Below are positions 22,717 through 31,966 of a stretch of 32,000 bases of DNA, piece after piece. The stretch comes from Mycoplasma mobile 163K (GTDB taxonomy: Bacteria; Bacillota_I; Bacilli_A; Mycoplasmatales; Metamycoplasmataceae): contig NC_006908.1 of assembly GCF_000008365.1 (NCBI RefSeq), forward strand, positions 570,001-602,000, given 5' to 3'. The notes under the pieces were generated by a model. It saw only the letters and a program-made list of their open reading frames with translations. It was not told where the DNA came from and did no database searches. Each line of letters starts with the position of its first letter. The first letter of the stretch is position 1. Both the position numbers and the translations under genes were made by a program.

Positions 22717-23307
22717 CTAATTTTTATTTTCAGATAGTTTTTCTAATTTTTTAGTTTCTTTAATTTTAGTAATTTCTAATTTTGTATTTGCTTTAATAAG
22801 AGCAGATTCTTTTTCAAGTTTATTTTTTAATAAAGTATTAAATTCATCTAAACTCAATTCATTTGTATCGATAGAATTAGAAGTTAATTGAACTGTTTTA
22901 TTTAATTTACCTTTAGTAATAGCTACAGAACGATTTAACTCATCAATTTTGTTTGACAATACTGAAATTTTAATAGCATTTCTTACAGAAGCAATTCCAA
23001 TGGTAAAAAGAAATCAAAAGATGATTCAAATTATTCAAGTAAAATCAATATTTCCATTTTTTAAACTAAATCCAAAAATTCTTTCACTAATTATATTAAT
23101 AATGTTAAAATCTGGATTCCCATTGATGCTATTAATAATATTTGTAATTAAAATATAAGTTGTTATTAATAAAAATAAAATGTTAAAAAGTAACCATGAA
23201 GAATTTAATTTAAAAGATAAATTGCCTTTTCGAGATTGCATAATTTGTCATAGAAAACTAAAAAATACTCCCACTAAAAAAAGAATTGGCAAACCTATTG
23301 TAATCAT
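22717..23307 (-). CDS. uncharacterised membrane protein: three TM helices plus a C-terminal coiled-coil-like tail (196 aa)
   Basis: Fragments 22717..22959 and 23035..23241 share one frame. ATG 23307-23305 is preceded by AAGGAG. Translation: MITIGLPILFLVGVFFSFLWQIMQSRKGNLSF...WLLFNILFLLITTYILITNII...WIIWIIFWFLFTIGIASV, then a heptad-like K/E/L-rich tail. I recognise no family. Confidence 0.55.
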
Positions 23308-24035
23308 TAAATATCTCCTTCATTTTTAGAATCTTTTTCATTCTTAATTTTTTTTCTAAAAGGTATCACAAAAAACATAAATAATACTCAGATGAAAGCC
23401 TCATTATAATTTGAAAGTACTTTTCAAAAAGATTTTCTAGATGTTTTTGGCTCTAATAAGATGTTAATTGTTTTTACAGAATTATTTTTATCTAAAATTA
23501 GAAATGTGACATCATCTGGTCTAAGTGCATAATTGGGTTTTGTATCAACATAGTTTAATATCTTTTTGTTAAAAATTTTGATTTTACTATCAATTCCCTT
23601 AACTCATTTTCCTGTAATTAGAAAATTAGAAAATTTAAAAATTTGAGATTGAAAAATTCTTTTTCTTTTTAAATTTATACCATGACCTAAAATAAGATCG
23701 CATTTAAAGTTTTTAAAAGCACTAATTAATTTTAAAATTGAAATAGGTTTATATTTTATAAAATCACCATATTCAATAATTGTTTCATACCCTGATAGTT
23801 TTGCGTATTCTAGTCCAATTTTTAAAGCTTTTGTATAACTCAATCTATAAGAAGAATCAATGAATGAAATTTTATTTAATTTCAAAATCTCTTGGGATCG
23901 ATCAGAACTTGCGTTATCAATAAAAATAAAATCAAATAACTCATTATGTTCTTTTAAGTAATCAATGAATGAAATTAAATACTTTTCTTTATCTTTAAAT
24001 GGAATGATAACTAATATTTTGTTATTAAGTTTCAT
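23307..24035 (-). CDS. family 2 glycosyltransferase (GT-A fold) with a C-terminal TM helix
   Basis: The N-terminus ILVIIPFKDKEKYLISFIDYL...FIFIDNASSDRS is typical of GT2. The frame continues past TGA 23606-23604 to TAA 23309-23307 (242 aa). A hydrophobic EAFIWVLFMFFVIPF lies near the C-terminus. The stop overlaps the downstream start (TAATG). Confidence 0.65.
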
Positions 24036-24041
24036 AGAAAA

Positions 24042-24047
24042 ATTATA
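24042..24047 (-). promoter_or_regulatory. candidate -10 box (TATAAT on the minus strand) 6 nt upstream of the GT2 ATG
   Basis: The minus strand reads TATAGTATAATTTTTCTATG. There is no SD, a leaderless-type arrangement. Sequence pattern only. Confidence 0.3.
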
Positions 24048-24078
24048 CTATAAAACAAAGATAAATAAGTTTCTAAAC

Positions 24079-24972
24079 CTATTCTGCTTCTCAAGGAATT
24101 TTAGCTTTGAAAACTTTTTCATTTAAATATTCTAATGGTTCATTTAAATTGTGAAAAGTTAATTTATATGAATGAAGAAATAAGCGTTTGTCTTTTGTTA
24201 AATTAGCATATTTTCTTTCTCCAAGAATAGGACATTTTAAAAAATCAGCTAAAACTAATCTAATTTGATGTTTTCTACCTGTTAAAATTTGAGCATAATA
24301 TCTTTGAGAATTACCATCATAAAAAATCCTTGTAATTGATTTTTTCCCTTCATTTGAAATTTGCATTTTTTTATTAATTTCATCTTCTGAAATATTTACC
24401 GTTACTAAAACATCCTTTTCAGATAAATTGCAAAAAGGTATGAATGTATAAATTTTTTCAAAATCACTTTGTTTATCTAATAATTCAATTAGAGTTTTAT
24501 AATTTTTTGCATAAACAACTAAACCAGATGTTTCTTTATCTAATCTTCCAATATGGGTCGGTACAAATGAATCTATTTTGACATAATTCAAATAATTTAA
24601 AACTTGTTCATCTAATGAATTTTTTGAACTATGCATAATTAAATTATTTGGTTTATTTATAATCAAAATATCTAAATTTTCAAAAATTATCTCCAATTTT
24701 TTATCAAAAGTTTTTGTTGTTTGTTTTTTTTGTTTAGATCTTGTAAAATTTTCAATACTGTCTTCATCAAAAATACCAAAAACTTCAATTTCATCATTAA
24801 ATTGAAGAACATAAGTTTTTGAAGAAATTCTTTTGCCATTAATTTTAATATCTTTATTTCTAAAAAGTTTTTCAAGTTTAGATTTTGGAATTGTATTTAA
24901 CATTCTCAAAAGATATTTATAAATAGTTCTTTTTGTATCATTTTCTTGAACAATAAAATTTTTTTTATTCAT
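24079..24972 (-). CDS. RluA-family 23S rRNA pseudouridine synthase (RluC/RluD-like) with an N-terminal S4 domain
   Basis: HIGRLDKETSGLVVYAKN carries the catalytic Asp motif, and GRKHQIRL is present. The start is taken as ATG 24972-24970 (MNKKNFIVQ...), directly after the scpB stop. The frame reads through TGA 24093-24091 to TAG 24081-24079 (297 aa). Confidence 0.8.
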
Positions 24973-25543
24973 CTTGATCTTCACGTTGTGAAGAATATAA
25001 ATCAAAATCTTCAATTGATTCATATTCTCCTGTGTCATCAAATTCTTTTAAATTCGGAAGTTCATGTAAAGATTTAATTTTGAAATAGTCATAGAACTTT
25101 GCTGTAACACCATATAAGATGGGATTTCCTGGAGTTTGAGCAATTCCTACTTCTTCGATAATTCCTTTGATTAAAAGTGTGTTAACAACAATTTCTGAAG
25201 CTACTCCTCTAATTTTGTTAATTTGTGATTTTGAAATAGGTTGTTTGTAAGCGACTATTCCTGCTACTTCAATTGCTGCATTTGAAAGTCTTTGTTTTTT
25301 AATAATAGTTACTAATTCACTAACATAATCTTTAACATCTTTGATAGTTGCAAATTTGTATACATCATTGAATTCCTCAACTTTAATTCCATGTTGTTCA
25401 TTATTCCATTTTTCTTTAAAAACTTTTAGCAAAGCTCTTGCAGAAGAAATGCTTTCAGATTTAAGGACTTTTTGTAATTGCTCACTACTTAAACCTTCTT
25501 CACCTTGAATATAAATTAAGGCTTCAATTATTTTATTGTTCAT
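24965..25543 (-). CDS. scpB: segregation and condensation protein B
   Basis: A 192-aa ORF: IIEALIYIQGEEGLSSEQL...NAAIEVAGIVAYKQPISKSQINKIRG. It follows scpA with an 11-nt overlap. Confidence 0.85.
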   Translation of the reverse strand: MNNKIIEALIYIQGEEGLSSEQLQKVLKSESISSARALLKVFKEKWNNEQHGIKVEEFNDVYKFATIKDVKDYVSELVTIIKKQRLSNAAIEVAGIVAYKQPISKSQINKIRGVASEIVVNTLLIKGIIEEVGIAQTPGNPILYGVTAKFYDYFKIKSLHELPNLKEFDDTGEYESIEDFDLYSSQREDQDE

Positions 25544-26276
25544 TTTCTACTCCTTTAATTTTGATAATTCTAATTTCACCAAATTCTTTATCTTGAATTA
25601 ATTTAATTTCTTGTTTTCTTGCTAAGTCTAATAAAACTAAAAATGTAATAACAAAATGCGTAATAGTTGGTACATTAAAAATTTTTGCAAAGTCTACTTC
25701 TTCACCAAATTCATCAAAAAGATCTCTTATTTCTTTAATTCTTTGCTCTGGATTTACATGCACTGCTTCAATTTTTGTTTGCCTTAGATTCTCTGCATGA
25801 ACTCTTTCAAACATTTTTCTAAGTGTATTCATAAGAGATAAAGAATTTGATCTACCGTCTAAAAGTGTTTCATCAGTTTCTCTATAATATTCATCATAAT
25901 TAGAAGGATCTTTAATGAAAATTTCACTCCTAATTGATTCTTGTTGTCTTAGTTTTTTAGCAACTTCTTTAAACTGTTGATATTCAATAAGTTGCTTTAA
26001 CAACATTTCCTTATCTTCTTTAATTTCTTCATCTTCTTCTTCAGGATTTAACAGCAACATTTTTGCTTTGATATGAATTAATGTAGCTGCCATAACTAAA
26101 TATTCACTTGCGACATCAACATTAGAATCTTCTAAATGATTAATTATTTCCAAATATTGTGTAGCAAGATCTGCTAAATCGATTGTAAATAAATCAGCTT
26201 TTTTATCCTTAACTAAACTTAAAAGTAAGTCAAGTGGACCATCAAAATTTTCTAAATTAAATTCAAATTTATTCAT
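25533..26276 (-). CDS. scpA: segregation and condensation protein A (kleisin)
   Basis: A 247-aa ORF: FEFNLENFDGPLDLLLSLVKDKKADLFTIDLADLATQYL..., typical of the ScpA N-terminus. The scpA-scpB pairing supports the call. Confidence 0.85.
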   Translation of the reverse strand: MNKFEFNLENFDGPLDLLLSLVKDKKADLFTIDLADLATQYLEIINHLEDSNVDVASEYLVMAATLIHIKAKMLLLNPEEEDEEIKEDKEMLLKQLIEYQQFKEVAKKLRQQESIRSEIFIKDPSNYDEYYRETDETLLDGRSNSLSLMNTLRKMFERVHAENLRQTKIEAVHVNPEQRIKEIRDLFDEFGEEVDFAKIFNVPTITHFVITFLVLLDLARKQEIKLIQDKEFGEIRIIKIKGVENEQ

Positions 26277-27288
26277 TCTTACCTTTTTCTCTATCTAATG
26301 CTTTTTCTTTTGCTTTTTTATCTTTTTCAATCATTTTTACCTTAAAGGCATCATCTTTTGTTTTTTCTTTTATAGCTTGGGCTTTTTCTTTTTCTGTTAA
26401 TTTTTTAATAAGTTTTTCTTCTTTAATTAATTGTGCTTCTTTTTTTGTTTTTTCTTTTTCGTTAATTTTTGCTAATTTTTCTTTGTACTTTAAAACTGAA
26501 GATTGTTCTTTTTCTCAATACTTTTTGATTTCTTCTGTGATTTCAGGTTTTTTAAATTTTGATTCAATTATTTTATACACTCGGTTGGAAATTGCTTCAG
26601 TATCTAAATTTGCAATTTCATTTGCCTTAATAGGTTTATGGAAATGAACTTCAATTACTTGTGTTTCTGTTTTGTTTCAATTAAAACCATTTAGTGAATT
26701 ATTAATTGTAACAGGCAAAATATTAAAAAATCCTTTTTTTGCAATTTTAAAAGAGGCTGATTTAAAAGTTCCGATTGTATCATCTTTAGATCTTGTTCCG
26801 GATGGAAAAACCACTGGATAAGTTCTATGTTTTTTTGAATATTCAATTAAATCATTAATTGCATTTGCTGATTGCCTTGGACTATCTCTATCAATATAAA
26901 AAGAATCAATTCAATCTAAAATACTTCTTGAGAATTTATCTGCTTTTAATTCTGCTTTTACTAAAAAAGTAGGAATTCTATTATTGATATTCTTATCTTG
27001 ATTCGTTTTTTTCAAAGCTACAATCATTGCAAATCCATCAATATTATCAGCATGATTAGAAACAATTAAAGTGTTCCCTTTATCCACAATATTTTCATAA
27101 CCAAAAACTTGAACTTTAATATTGAAATCTCTTAAAAGAGCTTCAGCTTTTTTAAGCAAATAATCATTTCTATATTGTAAAGAAATTTTAGTTTTATCTT
27201 TTACATGCTTTTTACTATTTCTAATTATTCAAAATCTTTTTCAAACTCAAATTGAGCTTTTTAGAAACAATTTAGTTTTGACTTTCAT
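26269..27288 (-). CDS. plsC: 1-acyl-sn-glycerol-3-phosphate acyltransferase (PlsC family) with a Lys/Glu-rich C-terminal tail
   Basis: ATG 27288-27286 is preceded by AGGAG. The acyltransferase NHxxxxD motif is VSNHADNIDGF, and PSGTRS-like FPSGTRSKDD lies downstream. The frame reads through TGA codons to TAA 26271-26269 (339 aa). Confidence 0.75.
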
Positions 27289-27580
27289 TTTTCTCCTTTT
27301 TAATTACAAATGCTATTATTAAATCGCCTTCATGTGAAACTGAAATATAAAAATTTTGGAATCAATAATAATTATCTTTTTTTACATTTATTTTACTAAA
27401 TTCAAAAAAATTATTATCAGCCTTATAAATAGCTTCTTTTATTGCTCATCTTGTTGCTAAAAAACTATGATCTTTATTTATTTCCCATTTTTCAAATTCT
27501 TCATGTGACAGAATTCTTTTGGCAAATTTTTCACTTTTGTTTTTAAATCTACTGATCTTTGTTAAATCCACACCAATCAT
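27272..27580 (-). CDS. acpS: holo-[acyl-carrier-protein] synthase (4'-phosphopantetheinyl transferase)
   Basis: Absent from the ORF track because of internal TGA codons. Hand translation: MIGVDLTKISRFKNKSEKFAKRILSHEEFEKWEINKDHSFLATRWAIKEAIYKA...ISVSHEGDLIIAFVI (102 aa). The IGxD and WAxKEAxxKA motifs fit AcpS. It overlaps plsC by 17 nt. Confidence 0.75.
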
Positions 27581-27637
27581 TTTTAAATTATACAATAAAT
27601 ATTTTACATAAATTAAGTAAAGGTGTTATTTAATAAT

Positions 27638-28132
27638 ATGAACAACATTGAAACTATCACATACAAAAATAGAGGAATGCTTTTAGAAAGTATAATCAAT
27701 AAGAGTATTAATTTTTTTTACAATAATAATATTGCCTTAATTCACAAAAAGGAAATTCCTTTGAAGATTCTTAAAGTCAATAAAGCAAATGATGTTAAAG
27801 CAATTTTAAATTCAAAAAGTACTGTAGATTATTATGGTTTAGTAAAAGGAAGATTTATTTGTTTTGAAGCAAAAAGCACAAATGAAAATTTTATTTATTT
27901 TCAAAATATTAAAAATCATCAACATCAATATTTAATTGAAGCAGAAAGATTTGGGGGATTTTCCTTCTATATTTTTTATTTTAAAAATCATCAAAAATTT
28001 TATTTTTTAAGAGCAAATAAATTAGATTTTCTTAAATCTAATAAAATTTCACTTGAAGAGGTGAATAAAAAAGGGATAGAACTTTCGTTAAACTATCCCG
28101 GTGTATTAAATTTTTTGGATTTTATTGATTAA
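27638..28132 (+). CDS. recU: Holliday junction resolvase RecU
   Basis: NRGMLLESIINKSINFFYNNNIALIHKKEIP...STVDYYGLVKGRFICFEAKST matches the RecU core (NRGxxxE, DY.G, FEAK). Start ATG 27638 is preferred; GTG 27623 is an alternative. Confidence 0.75.
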   Translation: MNNIETITYKNRGMLLESIINKSINFFYNNNIALIHKKEIPLKILKVNKANDVKAILNSKSTVDYYGLVKGRFICFEAKSTNENFIYFQNIKNHQHQYLIEAERFGGFSFYIFYFKNHQKFYFLRANKLDFLKSNKISLEEVNKKGIELSLNYPGVLNFLDFID

Positions 28133-28419
28133 AAATTAACTTGATCTTTTAGTGATTTTGACACTTTAAATTTTACAGATTTTGTTGCTTTGATTTGAAT
28201 TATTTCACTTGTTTTAGGATTAATTCCTGATCTGGCTGCTCTTTCTGATATTTCAAAGATACCAAAACTTGATAAGTTAATTTTTTTATCAGCTACAAGT
28301 TCTGAACTTATTTCTTCTAAAAATGCATTTACAATTTCTTCAACCTCTTTTTTGCTTTTATTTTGATTTTCAGCAATTGTTGCAATAAGATCTTTTTTTG
28401 TGATTATTTGTTTTTCCAT
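28129..28419 (-). CDS. hup: HU/IHF-family DNA-binding protein
   Basis: MEKQIITKKDLIATIAENQNKSKKEVEEIVNAFLEEISSELVADKKINLSSFGIFEISERAARSGINPKTSEIIQIKATKSVKFKVSKSLKDQV has the HU fold pattern (GFGxF, R.GRNP-like arm). Start ATG 28419 is preferred over the upstream ATG 28455. Confidence 0.8.
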   Translation of the reverse strand: MEKQIITKKDLIATIAENQNKSKKEVEEIVNAFLEEISSELVADKKINLSSFGIFEISERAARSGINPKTSEIIQIKATKSVKFKVSKSLKDQVNF

Positions 28420-28467
28420 AGTGTTTGTTCCTTTAGTTTTAAATGATTTTACCATATTAAAACTAAA

Positions 28468-29475
28468 TTACTCAAATTCTGATTTTAATGTTCTATTTCA
28501 AATTTTTTCTTTGAATTCTTCTAGTGAAATATTTTCAAAAATTAATTCATATAAACTTGAAATAATAGGTAAATCTAATCCATATTTTTTATTTGATCTA
28601 TAAATATTTTCTAATGCTTTTAAACCTTCAACAGTTTTTACTGTTTCTAAAGCTTTAGATTTATTTATAACAAATTCCTTACCAAAAGAGAAGTTTCTAC
28701 TTAAAGGGCTTGTTGCAGTAAGAATCAAATCACCAACACCTGTTAGCCCTAAAAGTGTTGATAGTTTTCCACCTACTTTGTCATTATACAGTTTCATTTC
28801 TTTTAACCCTCTTGATAAAATAGAAGCAAGAGTGTTGATTCCGTAACCTTGTTGATTTGCAATTCCAGAAAAAATTGCTAAAACATTTTTAAATGAAGCT
28901 CCTACTTCAGCTCCGATTACATCAGATTGAACATATAGTTTGAAATATTTATTTGAAAAAAGTTTTTGAACTTCTTGAGCATTTTTGATGTTTGAATCAA
29001 CAGCACAAATTGTTGTTAATTGTTCTTTTATAATTTCTTCTGCAAAACTAGGACCAGTAACAGTAACAACACCTCTTACAAATTCATTGGACTTTGAATC
29101 TTTAGATAAACCTTCATGAATAGATAAAAATGAATTAGGATAAAATCCTTTTGAAACAGATATTACAAGTACTTTTGAATTTAAGAGTTTTAAAATTTCC
29201 AAAAAAGTAGCTTGAATAAAAATCGAAGGAATTGCTAAAACAATATAATCTGTTTTATCCAAAGCTATTTTTAAATCTTTAGTTGTATTAAAAGAAGGTA
29301 ATTTTATATCTGTAGAAAAATATTTTGCATTTTTCCCGATTTTTAAATCTTCTAATTCCTTTTCATCTATCCCATAGATGAAAATATTTGTATTACCTGA
29401 ATCATATAAGACTTTTGCCATTGCGGTTGCCATTGCTCCAGATCCTATAATTGATATTTTATTTGTTTTATTCAC
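28468..29475 (-). CDS. gpsA: NAD(P)H-dependent glycerol-3-phosphate dehydrogenase
   Basis: ISIIGSGAMATAMAKVL is a Rossmann motif, and the body is typical of GpsA. I place the start at GTG 29475-29473, 9 nt downstream of AAGGAG; the track's TTG 29496 is an alternative. The frame reads through TGA 28500-28498 to TAA 28470-28468 (335 aa). Confidence 0.88.
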
Positions 29476-29488
29476 AGTTTTATTCTCC

Positions 29489-30787
29489 TTAATCAAATTT
29501 ATCTCTAAATAAAGTTACTATTGGTACTCCTTCAAATGAAAAATGTTGTCTAAGCTGATTTTGAATAAATCTTAAATAGCTAAAATGAAGAAATCTTTTA
29601 TTATTTACAAAAAAAAGAAAAGTAGGTGTGTTCCCTTTTATTTGTCTTATATATTTAATTTGAAGTTTCCCTCCTTTATGTGTTGGAGCTGGCTGAATTG
29701 CTTGAGTTTGTAAAAGAATATCATTAAGCACATTATTATTTAATACTCTTTCGGAATTAGCTTTTACTAATAAAACTTTATCTAAAAGTGTATTAATTCT
29801 TAAACCTTCTAAAGCTGAAATAAAAACAATTGGTGCTCAAAACAAAAAGTGAAATTGAGCTCGAATTTTTTTAGTAAATTCTTCCATTGTTTTTTCATTT
29901 TTTTCAATTAAATCTCATTTATTTACAACAATAATTATTGGCTTATTTTGCTCAAAAGAAGTTCCTGCTATTGTTGCATCAAAATGTGTTGACCCTAAAG
30001 AGGCATCTAATATTAATAAAACAAGATTTGATTCTTCAATTGTTTTGAAGGCTCTATTCAAAATATAAAAATCAATATCATCTGCCATTCTTGATTTTTT
30101 TATAATTCCAGCTGTATCAATAATTTTCAATTTTTCATCTTTATAATAAAATGATTCACTAATTGGATCATGTGTTGTTCCTGGAATTGGAGATACAATA
30201 CTTCTTTCTTCATCAAGAATTGTATTTAAAAGAGAGCTTTTTCCTGCATTTGGTTTCCCAATAATTGCAATTTTAAAATCTTTATCTTCAATATTTTCAT
30301 CTTTAGGAAAGGTTTTTGTACATGCTTCTAGTAAGTCTCCAATACCTTCTCCATGTAAGGCACTAATTTTAAAGATTTTATCAAAGCCAAGTTTATATAA
30401 GGAATGATCAAATTCATGATTGTCTTCTAATTTATTTGCAACAAAAAATATTTGCTTATTTGATTTTCTTAAAATATCAACAATTAAATAATCATCTTTA
30501 CTTAATTCAGATCTTCCTTCTACAACAAAAATAATTACATCAGCTTCTTCAATTGCAATCATTGCTTGAATTTTAATTTGTTTTTGAAAAGGCACATCTT
30601 CTATTTGGATCCCACCTGTATCAACAACTTCAAAAGTTTTTCCATCTCAAGTAGCTTTTTCATATAATCTATCTCTTGTTACACCTGGTATATCTGCAAC
30701 AACAGCTTGTCTTTTTCCAATTATTCTATTAAAAATTGTGCTTTTTCCCACATTTGGTTTTCCAACAATGGCAATTAATTTACTCAT
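29489..30787 (-). CDS. der: ribosome-associated GTPase Der/EngA (tandem GTPase domains plus KH-like domain)
   Basis: Fragments 29489 and 29915 share one frame, extended to ATG 30787-30785 (432 aa). Two G1 motifs are present, GKPNVGKST and GKPNAGKSS, together with DTGG/DTAG and NKLED/NKWD. Confidence 0.9.
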
Positions 30788-31952
30788 TTTTCAATTCCTC
30801 TTCTTTGACTTTTGCCAAATCATAAATTTTTTGGACAACTTCTTCTATTGTCATACTAGAGGTATCAATTTCTATTGAATCTTCTGTTTTTTGTAATGGA
30901 TCAATTTCTCTAGTTGAATCAACATAATCTCGATCTTCCATTTCGGATAAAATTTTTGTATAAGTTATTGTGGAATTAGTGTTTTTTAATTCATCAAATC
31001 TTCTTTTAGCTCTTACTTCTTTACTTGCTGTAAGAAAAATTTTCAACTCAGCATTAGGTAAAACTTTAAAAGTAATATCTCTACCTTCCATAATAATACC
31101 TTTTTTTGCAGCTAATTTTTGTTGATATTCAACAAGAAGAGATCTAATTTTCTGTAACTTTGCAATTTTAGAAGCAATTTTAGCTATTTCATTGTCATTT
31201 AAAAATGATGCAACATTTTTTTTATTTAAAAGAATTTCATCTTCACTAAAATATTCTATCATATCATCAGACCAAAGATTAGCCACTTGATCTTCAACAT
31301 TTGGATTATTTTCAAAATTAATTCCATTTTCCATGACATTTAAAGCATAAGCACGATACATTTTTCCTGTGCCAATGAAAGTATAATTTAATTTTTTTGA
31401 TAAAAGTTTTGAAATAGAAGATTTTCCAACTCCAGAAGGACCATCAATTGCAATATTAATTTTTGTTGGCGATTTTGAAGATAGATTTGCATCTTCAACA
31501 AGTTCAATTTTTTGAACAGACACTTTTACAATGTCATTTTTATTTATATTTTTTGAATTTTCTTGCTCTTCTCATTTCGAAATAAAATCATCAATATATT
31601 TATTAGAAGATAATTTTTTGATGAAAGATTCGGTCTTATCTTCATAATTAGTTTCAATATTTTTTTTAATTTCTTGAATATGAAAATCGATTTTTTTAGA
31701 ATCATATAAATTTACAGTTTTTATTTTTTCCTCTTTTAAAGGACTAAAAAAAGAATTGGATTTTAAATATGTTGAAAGTGATTCTGATATTTTAGGACTT
31801 TTTGTTAGAATTCCTAAAAGTTTTAAATTATTAGAATTGTCATATTGATTTAAAACTAAATTAATAATGTTTGTGAATTCTTGATTATTTTCATTTTTAT
31901 TTTCAAAATAAGTAGGTATTTTTTTTACTATACCTTTTTTTGTATTTGCCAT
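30780..31952 (-). CDS. cmk: cytidylate kinase with an uncharacterised N-terminal extension of about 143 aa (continuous ORF)
   Basis: The kinase part has [15 protein letters not shown] (P-loop) and [21 protein letters not shown]. The track splits it into 30780..31523 and 31572..31952. I checked every codon from 31524 to 31574: the two pieces share one frame and no TAA or TAG occurs, only TGA 31574-31572. ATG 31952 has TATAAT 8 nt upstream. An internal GTG 31523 start is possible but has no SD. Confidence 0.6.
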
Positions 31953-31960
31953 ATTTTATT

Positions 31961-31966
31961 ATTATA
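31961..31966 (-). promoter_or_regulatory. candidate -10 box (TATAAT on the minus strand) 8 nt upstream of ATG 31952
   Basis: The minus strand reads TTTATAATAATAAAATATG. There is no SD, a leaderless-type arrangement. Sequence pattern only. Confidence 0.3.

Noticed and set aside
24687-24875. 62-aa ORF on the minus strand, in a different frame within the pseudouridine synthase gene
   Set aside because: It is an alternative frame of a gene whose main frame carries the RluA-family motifs, and it has no signals of its own.
24973-25041. Longer start (25041) for the RluA-family gene, as shown in the track
   Set aside because: That extension overlaps the scpB C-terminus by 77 nt. ATG 24972 sits at the scpB stop in the same ATGAATAA junction used elsewhere, and it gives a normal S4-domain N-terminus.
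28420-28455. Upstream ATG 28455 as the hup start (a 12-aa extension, MVKSFKTKGTNT)
   Set aside because: HU-family proteins normally begin right at the MxKxxLI helix. ATG 28419 gives the canonical 96-aa length. This remains unresolved without data.
29476-29496. TTG 29496 start for gpsA (track call), overlapping the der stop
   Set aside because: GTG 29475 lies 9 nt downstream of a perfect AAGGAG and places the Rossmann GxGxxA motif at the usual distance from the N-terminus.
366-31952. Many adjacent same-strand ORF fragments of conserved genes (cls, parC, mod, res, pepA, PTS, glyA, der and others) look like pseudogenes or frameshifted genes
   Set aside because: All fragments of each gene share one frame and are separated only by TGA. 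Reading TGA as Trp (table 4) restores full-length proteins with intact motifs, so these are not pseudogenes.
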